From: an uncultured cyanobacterium
GTDB lineage: Bacteria; Cyanobacteriota; Cyanobacteriia; Leptolyngbyales; Leptolyngbyaceae
Reading direction: 5' to 3'
Assembly (NCBI GenBank): GCA_963766075.1
Contig: CAVYAN010000048.1
Coordinates: 52,266 to 116,265 of the forward strand
DNA: 64,000 nt
Position numbers and translations under genes: made by a program. Within the stretch, counting starts at the first letter, position 1. Each line of letters opens with the position of its first letter. Below, piece after piece: positions 20,495 through 29,683 of this stretch. Below the pieces are notes generated by a model that was not told the origin of the DNA, searched no databases, and saw nothing but the letters and a program-made list of their open reading frames with translations.

Positions 20495-21002
20495 GCCACC
20501 ACGAGCCGAGCCAATCGGCGATCGAATGACTCATGGCCCCCAGCTCCAAACCGCCAAAGGTAGAGAGCCAATATGTTGGTGGCCACCCTCTAGAGAATTC
20601 GTCAAAAGACTGGAGCGCCGACAGTGCAGGGCTGAAATCTACCTCTTGCCCCTGAGCGATCGCCGCCCCCGCGATCGCCACTAATGTCGCAGTGCCCAGA
20701 AGCGATAGGACTATGGCGAGATAAATGCAGCGGCCCACCGTGCCGAAAAGGAAGCCGTGGGACCAAAGCGATCGGTGTCGAAGACTGCGCCGATAGGGGA
20801 TCCAAATCCAAGACAAAATGCCCCATCGGCGGCTCTGCACTGACACGATGTCAAGGTCAGGGCCAAACATGAGGCCCGCAAACAAAAAGCTGCCTGAAAA
20901 AATCAGGGATGTTGCCAAATCCTGATTTTTTGCGTACATCGCGATGACAGCGATCGGGGTGCAAATCAGGGTAATTCTGTCGTGAGTTTTGCCGCTAGGC
21001 AT
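20472..21002 (-). CDS. DUF2227-like putative metal-binding membrane protein
   Basis: MPSGKTHDRITL...FGPDLDI.S....RWG.L.WIW.PY...HRS.WSHG...GT...GLELGAMSH..AD. Confidence 0.8.
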   Translation of the reverse strand: MPSGKTHDRITLICTPIAVIAMYAKNQDLATSLIFSGSFLFAGLMFGPDLDIVSVQSRRWGILSWIWIPYRRSLRHRSLWSHGFLFGTVGRCIYLAIVLSLLGTATLVAIAGAAIAQGQEVDFSPALSALQSFDEFSRGWPPTYWLSTFGGLELGAMSHSIADWLGSWWLRRRSSR

Positions 21003-21063
21003 TGCTTTTTGTCGTTGGTTGGTTCGCTCATACTATCATAAGGAAGTCAAGGGAGTTTCACGG

Positions 21064-21669
21064 ATGGACAGAAAGACTCGGGCGATTTTTCGCAGAAGGG
21101 AGGTCATTTTTGAAACCTTCACCGTCCCCGTGGTGGGCGATTTTGTCGTTTTTACCGACGATGTGACCCACCGGATTTGTCACGTCTGGCCTGATTCTGT
21201 CCAGCCAGCCGAGGGAGGGAAATTTTACCTCTCAGCGCGGGGAGTTATGGAGTTTGAGGGAGCGCTGGGCGATCGCACCAGCAGGCAACATCTCCGGCTC
21301 CTGCCCAAGCGCTGGAAAGGGGTGGCGTGGATCCACCGTGAGGGCGTGTTTGGAAGCAAGGAAGCTTCTGGGCAAGTGTTTTGTCGCGTTTGGCAAAGTA
21401 GTTTGGCTTCACAACTAAGGAGGGAGAAAGTAATGCCGTATAAGACGGAGGGCGTTAATTACGTCACGCTCTGGCACGATGGGTTTGCCCGCGTATGGCA
21501 CATCCGAAGATGTGTGACTTCAGGCAAAGGGGGCTGCGCTTGGTGCGGTTGCACTAGGAAGCATGGCGGTTTGTTCCAATATGGAACACTTTCAGAGAGC
21601 TATGGGGCAAGCCCCAATTGGGAGACAAAAAGCTTTTGTTCAAAAGGCTGTAGGAGTAGCCACGCATGA
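21064..21669 (+). CDS. Hypothetical protein (apparent fusion; internal RBS+ATG at 21433)
   Basis: PVVGDFVVF.D....R..H.W...Q...GG.FYL; C-terminal Cys-rich module. Confidence 0.6.
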   Translation: MDRKTRAIFRRREVIFETFTVPVVGDFVVFTDDVTHRICHVWPDSVQPAEGGKFYLSARGVMEFEGALGDRTSRQHLRLLPKRWKGVAWIHREGVFGSKEASGQVFCRVWQSSLASQLRREKVMPYKTEGVNYVTLWHDGFARVWHIRRCVTSGKGGCAWCGCTRKHGGLFQYGTLSESYGASPNWETKSFCSKGCRSSHA

Positions 21670-23150
21670 GCAGTATGAAAAACATAGACCGATCGACTAT
21701 TTACCGGCGTCGTCAAGCCTTCTTTGCCCAATACGATGCGCTGTGTGCGGAAAACGTGGAAACAGGCTCCGGCCTCGAAAAGCATGAGATTTTGAGCCTG
21801 TTGATGGTGAAAAAGGGCGAGGGCTTTGACCTTGCTCACATAGCGGAAAACACGGGCCTGAGTGTACAACAAGTAGAAGCATTGGGAGAGGCTACTGACT
21901 GCCTGGATGTGTACATTCAGACGCTACGTCCCCTGCCTTCAGTGCAGGGGGTTTCGTCCTTGCCAGTGGGGCTCCGGATGTTCATTGCAACGGACCCTCT
22001 GCTCATGGCGGCGCACATCGACGAATTGATTGTGGATAACTGTGCTGTCTTGGAGCAGCTTGCTCGAAATATAAGGCTCTCCAAGGCGCATATCGACACA
22101 CTTTTATCTTTCCAGGATGTTCATGTTTTGCGTGTTCTGGCAGAGCATCCGAACCTCACGGCGAGCCAAATTAATGAGCTAATCGACGATGGGGATGAAG
22201 AGCTACTAGAAATAGTGGCTAGGCATCCAAATTTAACGAATCAAAACATTAACAAACTTCTGGAACTGGAGGATCTTCGTGTTTTGTGGGCTTTGGCAGA
22301 GCATCCAAGCCTCACGACAGAACCCTATAGCTATAGCCACATCGATTGGCTTATCGATGTGGAGGATGAGGAGCTACTAAAAATAGTGGCTAAGCATCCG
22401 AGCCTTACGCCGCGACTCCTCAGTCGGCTTATCGATGATGAGGATATGGACTTGCTGGAGATAGTGGCTAGGCATCCGAACTTAACGACTGAGAACATTG
22501 ACGAAATCCTGAAGCTTCACGATGACATTATCGTCTTGAGGATTCTGGCAGCGCATCCGAACCTCACGGCAGCGCACATCAATCAACTCATCGACGGCGG
22601 GGATGAAGAGCTACTAGAAATAGTGGCGAAGCGTTCGGACCTCACAGAGGCTCACATAGATCGCATCCTCAAGGCTGGGTCCGTAAATGCCCGCTACGCT
22701 CTAATTAGAAACCCGAACCTCACACAAAAGCACATGGATCGCCTTTTGGAGGATGAAGATTACGGCGTCGCAACTGGCATGGGCGGGCATTGTGCGGCAG
22801 CTCTCGTGGCAAAAAACTCGAAAAAAGGAGAATCTTCTATGTCTAAGAAAGTCTGTACTGGGCTGGACGGCAACGAATATGTTTTCGATCAAGACAGATC
22901 GCAGCAGTGGCCGGAAGATACCGTCTTTGACGGAAACAGCCACGTCTCCTGCGCGACGGGCTCTCAGTGGACCCATGAGGGTCTGTATCTGACGGCGGGT
23001 GGGAGATGGATCAAGGAGTCATGGGGCTCTAGCGGAGAGGGGAGCAGTTTCAATGAGATTACCGCCAAAGACGCGGTAATTTGGTTTGTCAAAAACAATG
23101 CCGAAATTCCCGATGAATTGCAGGCGGCGCTCAAAGAGGTAGAGATTTAA
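21666..23150 (+). CDS. LRV/HEAT-like repeat protein plus C-terminal module (internal RBS+ATG at 22839)
   Basis: About 9 copies of an approximately 24-aa A.HPNLT...I..L..D.D.E....V unit. Confidence 0.75.
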   Translation: MSSMKNIDRSTIYRRRQAFFAQYDALCAENVETGSGLEKHEILSLLMVKKGEGFDLAHIAENTGLSVQQVEALGEATDCLDVYIQTLRPLPSVQGVSSLPVGLRMFIATDPLLMAAHIDELIVDNCAVLEQLARNIRLSKAHIDTLLSFQDVHVLRVLAEHPNLTASQINELIDDGDEELLEIVARHPNLTNQNINKLLELEDLRVLWALAEHPSLTTEPYSYSHIDWLIDVEDEELLKIVAKHPSLTPRLLSRLIDDEDMDLLEIVARHPNLTTENIDEILKLHDDIIVLRILAAHPNLTAAHINQLIDGGDEELLEIVAKRSDLTEAHIDRILKAGSVNARYALIRNPNLTQKHMDRLLEDEDYGVATGMGGHCAAALVAKNSKKGESSMSKKVCTGLDGNEYVFDQDRSQQWPEDTVFDGNSHVSCATGSQWTHEGLYLTAGGRWIKESWGSSGEGSSFNEITAKDAVIWFVKNNAEIPDELQAALKEVEI

Positions 23151-23341
23151 TGGAGGTTTATATCGAAGTCCGCTGGGGCGAAAAGTGCAATAGCACTAGA
23201 TGCTGGATGCGGTGCTACTACGCGATCACATCTTTAGAAACTCGCATGGATGTGGTTCAGCCGTGGAGCGATTCAAGGCGGGCAGCGATCGCCCTGGCGA
23301 AAGACCTCAATTACACGGTCGTTAAAAAGCCTCGGCGGTGA
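23150..23341 (+). CDS. Hypothetical protein
   Basis: TAATG coupling. Confidence 0.5.
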   Translation: MEVYIEVRWGEKCNSTRCWMRCYYAITSLETRMDVVQPWSDSRRAAIALAKDLNYTVVKKPRR

Positions 23342-23463
23342 CAGATTTGCTGTCGTCAATGACAGATTAGTGTCACCAGTGACAGATTCGCTGTCGTCAA
23401 TAACGAATTAGCGTCATCAGTGACAGATTCGCTGTCGTTCAGTGACAGTAATTTGTCACCAAT
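23338..23463. repeat. Six 20-22-bp quasi-palindromic tandem units (TGACAGA..TGTC(G/A)YCA)
   Basis: gtgacagatttgctgtcgtcaa / tgacagattagtgtcacca / gtgacagattcgctgtcgtcaa / taacgaattagcgtcatca / gtgacagattcgctgtcgttca / gtgacagtaatttgtcacca. Confidence 0.8.
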
Positions 23464-23478
23464 AGTAGGGGTTTCAAC

Positions 23479-23784
23479 ATGGGTTTCAATAAACACGATC
23501 TGACCGACAAAATTAGCTGCATGAACCAGCAGTTAAAGGAAGCAGGGCACGACATCCGCTTTGTTTCCAGCGGGGAAAACGGGCGGCAAGTTGTGAACGC
23601 CTGGTCAGTGACGATTGACGGAGACGAATTCAGCACAATTCAGTACCAAGTCTGCTGCGGTTCGCCGCGTGAGTGCTCTGAGAAGGCATGGGCCAAGATG
23701 CACCAGCTTTTGCATGAGCATTACAAGGATTTGTATGAAAAGTTTGTTCACAAAAAAGGAGGACACAATGTCCAGATTCACTGA
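23479..23784 (+). CDS. Hypothetical protein (triplet paralogue 1)
   Basis: Shared F.K.DL...I..IN..L..AG.D.RF.....GRQ...C.G.PRECS...W...H.LL..HYK.LY.K. Confidence 0.75.
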   Translation: MGFNKHDLTDKISCMNQQLKEAGHDIRFVSSGENGRQVVNAWSVTIDGDEFSTIQYQVCCGSPRECSEKAWAKMHQLLHEHYKDLYEKFVHKKGGHNVQIH

Positions 23785-24139
23785 AAAAGACTTGCTTGAA
23801 GAAATCGGGCGGATAAATGCAGAATTTGAGAAGGCGGGGCATGACACCCGCTTTATTGTCAGACCTGGATATGGACGCCAGTACATCTACACCCAGTCAA
23901 TAAAAAGTGTTGAATCTGGCTCCACTGCTCATGGCCCTACAATTTGCTCTGGGACGCCAAGCGAGTGTTCCGCTGTGGCCTGGTGGAGGATGCACGCCAT
24001 CCTGCACGATCACTACAAAGAGTTGTATGAGAAAACCTACAGCATGTTGCAACAAAAAGCTGCTGAAGCTACGCAGTACAAACACTACAAAGCTCTGTAT
24101 GAGCAGCTCGCCCAAAGTCAGGGGGGAAACGATGCTTAG
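23768..24139 (+). CDS. Hypothetical protein (triplet paralogue 2)
   Basis: AGGAGG RBS; paralogous to its neighbours. Confidence 0.75.
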   Translation: MSRFTEKDLLEEIGRINAEFEKAGHDTRFIVRPGYGRQYIYTQSIKSVESGSTAHGPTICSGTPSECSAVAWWRMHAILHDHYKELYEKTYSMLQQKAAEATQYKHYKALYEQLAQSQGGNDA

Positions 24140-24491
24140 GTTCACTAAAAAAGACTTAGCCGAAGAGGTCAAGCAGATAAATGCAGAATTTGAGAAGGCG
24201 GGGTGTGATGCTCGCTTTGTTCTTCGTCCTGCATACGGACGACAGTACGTCTATGTCCAGTCAGTGAAAAGTGTTGAATCTGGCTCCACTAGTCAGGGCG
24301 AGAAAATCAGCGATGGGACACCACGCCAGTGTTCTGATGTCATGTGGCCGAAATATCTTCAGCTCTTGCGTCACCATTACAAAGAGCTGTACGACAAAAC
24401 TTATGCGGAGCTGGTGGTATACAAAAATCGGTGTGGGGAAATCGAAGGAGAGCTAGCACAGTTAAGGCAAAAGCAAGGTGAGAAATCATGA
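24132..24491 (+). CDS. Hypothetical protein (triplet paralogue 3)
   Basis: Paralogous to its neighbours. Confidence 0.75.
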   Translation: MLRFTKKDLAEEVKQINAEFEKAGCDARFVLRPAYGRQYVYVQSVKSVESGSTSQGEKISDGTPRQCSDVMWPKYLQLLRHHYKELYDKTYAELVVYKNRCGEIEGELAQLRQKQGEKS

Positions 24492-25432
24492 TAAATCTGA
24501 GCGAAGCTGCGAGCGAGGCATTACGATGTGCCCGCATCTCCCCCTACTCCAAAGGAGGATGGCAACTAATCGTAGACAACCCACTGTCCAAGAAGGACTA
24601 CGCCGCCCTAAAGCGCGTCATTAGCGAACTGAGAGGCACATGGAATCGGAAGGCTCAAGCGAGCCTCTTCACCTACGATCCAACGGTGGCGATCGCTAAT
24701 TACCTAAATACCGGCTACATCCCGCCAAAGAACCCGCATCATTTGTTCATCACGCAGCCAGACGAGATAGGCATCATGCTTGACGACATGATTGTCGGCC
24801 TGCGGGAGTTCAAACGGATGCTGGAGCCCAATGCAGGCACAGGGGCGATCGCAGACGCGCTGCGGCTACGGTGCCCAGATGCGGAAATCGACTGTGCGGA
24901 AATCGATGCCGAGCTTAGAGCTGCCTTGGCCGAACGGTTTAACATCATTGGGGATGATTTCCTGAAGGTGACCCCAACAGGGGATTATGACTTGGTTGTC
25001 ATGAATCCGCCGTTCCATGGCGTGACCTACCAGAAGCATGTTCGCCATGCTTGGAAATTTTTACGGGAAGCAGGGGAGCTGTTGTCTATCGTCCCTTCCG
25101 CCTTTTTGTTTGACGACAAGTTCAGAAACTTTGTCTTGCAGTGGGGATATGCCGAGTCCATCGGTTCTCCGTTTGAGGGAACTGACGTGAAGTGTCACAT
25201 CATCCACATGACGAAGTGTGAGCCTCGGACAGGAGCAGGAGTTGTCGATGCGTGGGTTCGATTCCTTGATAACTCCTACGAGTTTCACCAAGCCTTGATA
25301 GGAGCCCACCCGTCTCGGCTGCAAGCGTTGGTCGAGGAACACATGCGCCGTCTGGCAGAATCTGAGATGGGTACCTTCTACAACGAAGATACGATCTCGG
25401 GTCTGATTAAACATTGGAAAGGAGATGAGTAG
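24488..25432 (+). CDS. DNA adenine methyltransferase (motif I before motif IV)
   Basis: LEPNAGTGAI and VVMNPPF. Confidence 0.85.
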   Translation: MINLSEAASEALRCARISPYSKGGWQLIVDNPLSKKDYAALKRVISELRGTWNRKAQASLFTYDPTVAIANYLNTGYIPPKNPHHLFITQPDEIGIMLDDMIVGLREFKRMLEPNAGTGAIADALRLRCPDAEIDCAEIDAELRAALAERFNIIGDDFLKVTPTGDYDLVVMNPPFHGVTYQKHVRHAWKFLREAGELLSIVPSAFLFDDKFRNFVLQWGYAESIGSPFEGTDVKCHIIHMTKCEPRTGAGVVDAWVRFLDNSYEFHQALIGAHPSRLQALVEEHMRRLAESEMGTFYNEDTISGLIKHWKGDE

Positions 25433-25434
25433 AG

Positions 25435-26019
25435 ATGACCACCATTACAGAACAGACCTACCGCGATCGCCGCCGACAGGTTTTGGATTGGATAAAAGCC
25501 AATCCCCAGCATTGGAACCAAGTCGATTGGCACTGCCAGACTAGCCATTGTGTCGCTGGCGTGGCTGAAATGTTTTCCTTGAACCTCGATCCCATGAGTC
25601 CGTCTGACTGCGAAACAGTCATTTACGACATGCTCAAGTCCGGTCTAAAGATTCCAACGCCTTTGCGGGCACGGGAATGGATGGGCCTGTCTGAGGCTCA
25701 AGCAGACACCCTTTTCGATGCTGACAACAGCCTCGGCTATATCGAGAAATTGTTCGGCTGCATCGATCCAATTCCAGACAGTTTTGAAAACCTCCCATCC
25801 TACTTGTTAGAGTTTATTGCCGCCTATCCCCGCTTGACGGAGGATCAGCTTGATCGGCTTGTAAAACATGAGGACTGGCAAGTGCGGGAGATCGCCGCCG
25901 CGCATCCTAATCTGACGGCCTCTAACATCGATCGGCTAATAGCCGATGAGGATTCAGATGTGCGGCTTACCGTTAGAAGGCATCCCCTCTTTAGCGGAGG
26001 CGTATGCAGCCCAACCTAA
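25435..26019 (+). CDS. Hypothetical protein with WHCxTxHCxAG motif and C-terminal LRV repeats
   Basis: WNQVDWHCQTSHCVAG; AAHPNLT...D.D.DVR. Confidence 0.65.
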   Translation: MTTITEQTYRDRRRQVLDWIKANPQHWNQVDWHCQTSHCVAGVAEMFSLNLDPMSPSDCETVIYDMLKSGLKIPTPLRAREWMGLSEAQADTLFDADNSLGYIEKLFGCIDPIPDSFENLPSYLLEFIAAYPRLTEDQLDRLVKHEDWQVREIAAAHPNLTASNIDRLIADEDSDVRLTVRRHPLFSGGVCSPT

Positions 26020-26981
26020 AAGACTACGATCGCATCCTGGTTGCGTTCAGTGGCGGCAAAGATTCAATCGCCAGCTACTTACACCTACTCGACTGCGGAG
26101 TCGATCCCAAGAAAATTGAATTGCATCACCATCTAGTGGATGGGCGCGAAGGGTCAACTTTATTCGACTGGCCTTGCACTGAAAGCTACTGCCGCGAAGT
26201 AGCCAAAATATATGGATTGCCCATTTATTTCAGTTGGCTTGAGGGCGGCCTAGAGCGGGAGATGTGCAGGGACAATCAGCCCAAGGCTCGAACCTGGTTT
26301 GAAACGCCCAATGGGCTTAAATCAACGGGTGGCAAAGGGAAGCCGGGAACCCGTCGCAAGTTCCCAGCTAAAGTACGTCAGCTCAAAGAGCGCTGGTGTA
26401 GCGCCTACGCCAAAATCGACGTAATGTCGGCAGCGATCGCGGGACAATCCCGCTTCAACCACACATGGACGCTGGTTGTCACTGGCGAGCGAGCCGAGGA
26501 AAGCCCAGGGCGGGCCAAGTATGCGGAGTTTGAGGAACACCGTTCAGACCGTCGCTCGGGCAACCTGCGCCGCCACGTTGACCACTGGCGTCCGGTTCAC
26601 AAGTGGGGTCGAAATAGGGTGTGGGAGCGCATGGCCGTTGAGGGTATCGTGGCGCATCCAGCCTATCACTTGGGGTTTGGCAGGCTGTCTTGCCAGCGGT
26701 GCATTTTTGGTTCGCCAAACCAGTGGGCCACAAATTTTCACATCTCACCCGCCGAGACGCAGCGCATGGCGAACTATGAGGATGATTTTCAGTTCACATT
26801 GGACAGAAAGTTTTCCCTGCCAGAGCTTGCCGCGAAGGGTACTGTCTATTCAGCGATCGCCCAAAACGAGGGAGCGCTTAGAGCCGCCCTGCGGAGGGAG
26901 TACGTGGATAGAATCCTCGTGTCTCCCGATGAATGGCAGATGCCTGCGGGAGCGTTCGGGGAAAACAATGGTCCAATCTAA
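26004..26981 (+). CDS. PAPS reductase (CysH)-family protein
   Basis: VAFSGGKDS PP-loop, RWCS...K, VTGERAEES..RA, WRPV..W, HPAY.LG.GRLSC..C. Confidence 0.88.
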   Translation: MQPNLKDYDRILVAFSGGKDSIASYLHLLDCGVDPKKIELHHHLVDGREGSTLFDWPCTESYCREVAKIYGLPIYFSWLEGGLEREMCRDNQPKARTWFETPNGLKSTGGKGKPGTRRKFPAKVRQLKERWCSAYAKIDVMSAAIAGQSRFNHTWTLVVTGERAEESPGRAKYAEFEEHRSDRRSGNLRRHVDHWRPVHKWGRNRVWERMAVEGIVAHPAYHLGFGRLSCQRCIFGSPNQWATNFHISPAETQRMANYEDDFQFTLDRKFSLPELAAKGTVYSAIAQNEGALRAALRREYVDRILVSPDEWQMPAGAFGENNGPI

Positions 26982-27065
26982 CGGAGATTCAATTCAATGA
27001 AAAGAATGTATGGGTTTGCCAACATAAGCGATGTGGTTTTTGAAAGTGGAGGCGGCTGAAATTTT

Positions 27066-27302
27066 ATGACTTTAATCAACTATAGGTTCACTGGGGATTC
27101 AGATGATGAAGTTTGGGAAGGCAGCTTCGATTATCCAGGTGATGTATCGTCCGTTTTAAGGCCAAATAGCTTTATTGGTGGGGCTAAAACGACAAAGGCT
27201 GCGGCGCTGGAGTCCGACATATCCAAAATGGCAAGAAAGGCGCTTCGCTCAGACCACGGACCCCAAAGCTACATCAAGCAAAAACTATGGGTTGCGCAGT
27301 AA
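27066..27302 (+). CDS. Hypothetical protein
   Basis: GGAGG RBS. Confidence 0.5.
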   Translation: MTLINYRFTGDSDDEVWEGSFDYPGDVSSVLRPNSFIGGAKTTKAAALESDISKMARKALRSDHGPQSYIKQKLWVAQ

Positions 27303-27322
27303 CAAAGATCGACAGGAGAAAG

Positions 27323-27901
27323 ATGATGCAAAGAGTCGAAATTTTTCAAGGACTTGGTGGAGATGCTACGCATGGTGATATTTCAGACTTCTATCCCAGG
27401 TACCTTGCAGCGCTCAAGCTAGCAATTGACACGGCAGAACCATTTGATACAGGCTGGTATGGCTGCAAAAAAGAAATCCAAACCGCCCGGATCTCCTGTT
27501 TGCAGGATCCAGAGAAAGTAGAGATCCAGGTGTCCTGCGGCATGGATAACACTAACGATTTGATCGATACTGCGATCTGGGAAGCTTTCGGCAAAAATGA
27601 CTATGCCGGATCTGGCTATGAGGCGATGCGGAAGCGCTACCCCGGCGCAACTGACGCGCAGATTGAAAGAGCGATTGAGCGAATCCAGGACAGGACGCAT
27701 GGTGACATTACCATGGGCGATGACAATTACGCGAAATCCGAAAAGGTAATAGAGATTGGCTCACCGGAAGAAGCGATGGAGGCGATCATGGCAACGCTTC
27801 AAGAGTTGGCGGCTTCCTCTACACGGGAACTGAAGCAGCGTTATCAGTCGCTTGTGAACATCATTCGTGACAGCATGGACAATCTGATGGAGGAAGCATG
27901 A
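27323..27901 (+). CDS. Hypothetical protein
   Basis: AGGAG RBS before ATG at 27323. Confidence 0.7.
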   Translation: MMQRVEIFQGLGGDATHGDISDFYPRYLAALKLAIDTAEPFDTGWYGCKKEIQTARISCLQDPEKVEIQVSCGMDNTNDLIDTAIWEAFGKNDYAGSGYEAMRKRYPGATDAQIERAIERIQDRTHGDITMGDDNYAKSEKVIEIGSPEEAMEAIMATLQELAASSTRELKQRYQSLVNIIRDSMDNLMEEA

Positions 27902-28218
27902 CTTTAGTTTGCCACAGCCATCCCCATCCAGTTCAGATCGGTGACAGGATCGAGGATGGTTTATTGATTTGCGACGGGCACCAAGTGCTCATGAGCCCAG
28001 AGCCAGGGCTCCCAGAAGCTTCTTTCGACGTTCTCTGGGAGGACGATGAAAAAGAGTGGTATTTTCATCTTTCTTACACATCGCCAGAATGGCTGAAGGT
28101 GCCCGAGGGCGTTGCAGTTGTTCCAATCTGGAAAACTCAGAAACAGTTGGACGATGAAAGAACTGAGGCAGAAGATTGCGACTGCTACAGGGATACAAAA
28201 TCTGTTAGATGCTACTAA
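27898..28218 (+). CDS. Hypothetical protein
   Basis: ATGA coupling. Confidence 0.6.
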   Translation: MTLVCHSHPHPVQIGDRIEDGLLICDGHQVLMSPEPGLPEASFDVLWEDDEKEWYFHLSYTSPEWLKVPEGVAVVPIWKTQKQLDDERTEAEDCDCYRDTKSVRCY

Positions 28219-28236
28219 GGGGCACATAGGAGATTT

Positions 28237-28600
28237 ATGATTAGCGAAGCCTTTCAATACAAAAGCCTTGGCCATGTCAAAGTGGTCGAAAATGTAAAAA
28301 ATGACCGCACGGGAAATCCGATCGTCCTAGTTTTTGTGGGACAAACAGAGGATTGTTTTTATCAGGAAGTTGTTGAGGGGGGGTGTTATCCGAGCGGGCG
28401 TAGAGGTTTACGGAACCTTTTACGCTTCCTACGAGCCGAGCGAGGGGAGGCGAAGCTGGGTTACGGAACATCGCTCCATGGACAGCGCCCTAGCCGCCCT
28501 GGAGGAAACCCTGGAGCTTATAAGGAGGCTAAAGAGCAGTAGCCCCTTTGGCCCGCCGCCTCTTCGGCCATGGCTCGCGCCTCAGTCTTTGGGAATTTAA
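28237..28600 (+). pseudogene. Frameshifted paralogue of 33700-34035 (G7 tract at 28377-28383)
   Basis: The N-half (ORF 28237) and C-half (ORF 28334 frame) align end to end with 33700-34035; removing one G restores the frame. Confidence 0.75.
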
Positions 28601-28617
28601 GTTTACAAAAAGGAGGA

Positions 28618-28860
28618 ATGATGAACTTTAGTGTTTTGTCAAGCGGTTTGGCCGCTCCCGTCAGGAAAAGTCTACCAGGAAGTCCAGAGGACGCCAAAGA
28701 ACGGCGATTGATGGCCATCCTGGCGATGCAAAAAACTGAGCGTAGGAAGCTGGGTTGTAGTTGTCCCCTTTTCCTGGCCAACGGTCGCTCCGAGAACCCC
28801 AGGATCGACATTGGCGATGATCGAGACTGCGAGTACTGCCACCCTATCAGGAGTTTCTGA
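28618..28860 (+). CDS. Small Cys-rich protein translationally coupled to cas8e
   Basis: AGGAGG RBS; CSC...CEYCH; TGATG overlap with the cas8e start. Confidence 0.6.
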   Translation: MMNFSVLSSGLAAPVRKSLPGSPEDAKERRLMAILAMQKTERRKLGCSCPLFLANGRSENPRIDIGDDRDCEYCHPIRSF

Positions 28861-29678
28861 TGAATTTACTAACCGATCCGTGGGTTCCGGTCCTGGAGCA
28901 AAACAATCGCCCTGGCGAGGCATCCTTGCTCCGACTGCTGACCGATGGCAGCATTTTGGATATAACTGGCCAGCCGATGACCAGGCTGGCCGTCCTGCGG
29001 CTGCTCATGGCCATGAAAGCATGGCGCGATCGCGGTGGTGATGACTTCCAGGAACAATCCTTCAGCCTGAGTACGTTCTTGCAAACTGCGTTGCCCGCAG
29101 AATGCAAGGGGCTACGCCCTGAGCTGATTATCCAAATGTCCGATAAAAACGGCGTGGCATGGTCCCCGACGCCGCGCAAGCCATCACCACCGGAGATTTT
29201 CGCTCAGGCTGTCGTCACGGCGTATTTCTGCGATCGCGGCGGACTGAAGGCCCGAGTCCCCGGCTTATCCATTTCGGGCCAAACACCGTTTCATGTAGGC
29301 ACCCAAGTCCGGATGGTGTCTGGGGAAACGGTCTTGGAGCGCCTCGACAATAATCCTGTTGATTGGGAGCCCGACGACTACCAGCCCCCGTGGGTGGGCG
29401 GCGTGAAATTTCCGGAAGGTAGCAAGCCGCGCCATGACTTAGAGCTGCTGCTCTGGCCATGGCGCAGAGTCTGCATTACGGACAATGGCGTTGTTGTCGC
29501 ACCAGGGGCGGTCATGTCCACCGAGGTGAAAGACCCTTGGGTGCTGGGGAAAGCGCTGGTGCGTCATTATCGTGACAAACCTGAGGAGGGATTTGAAATC
29601 ACAAATCTGGCCTTGCAGCAGGCGTCACCCTTGGCCTGCTGGATCTCTCGGCCCTGCAAACAAAGTGTCGTATTCTGA
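28860..29678 (+). CDS. cas8e: Truncated Cas8e (Cse1/CasA)-like subunit, 272 aa
   Basis: MNLLTDPWVPV N-terminus, RLAVLRLL, GETVLERL..N, PPW, L.WPWRRV and DPW motifs; about half the canonical length. Confidence 0.75.
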   Translation: MNLLTDPWVPVLEQNNRPGEASLLRLLTDGSILDITGQPMTRLAVLRLLMAMKAWRDRGGDDFQEQSFSLSTFLQTALPAECKGLRPELIIQMSDKNGVAWSPTPRKPSPPEIFAQAVVTAYFCDRGGLKARVPGLSISGQTPFHVGTQVRMVSGETVLERLDNNPVDWEPDDYQPPWVGGVKFPEGSKPRHDLELLLWPWRRVCITDNGVVVAPGAVMSTEVKDPWVLGKALVRHYRDKPEEGFEITNLALQQASPLACWISRPCKQSVVF

Positions 29679-29683
29679 AAACT

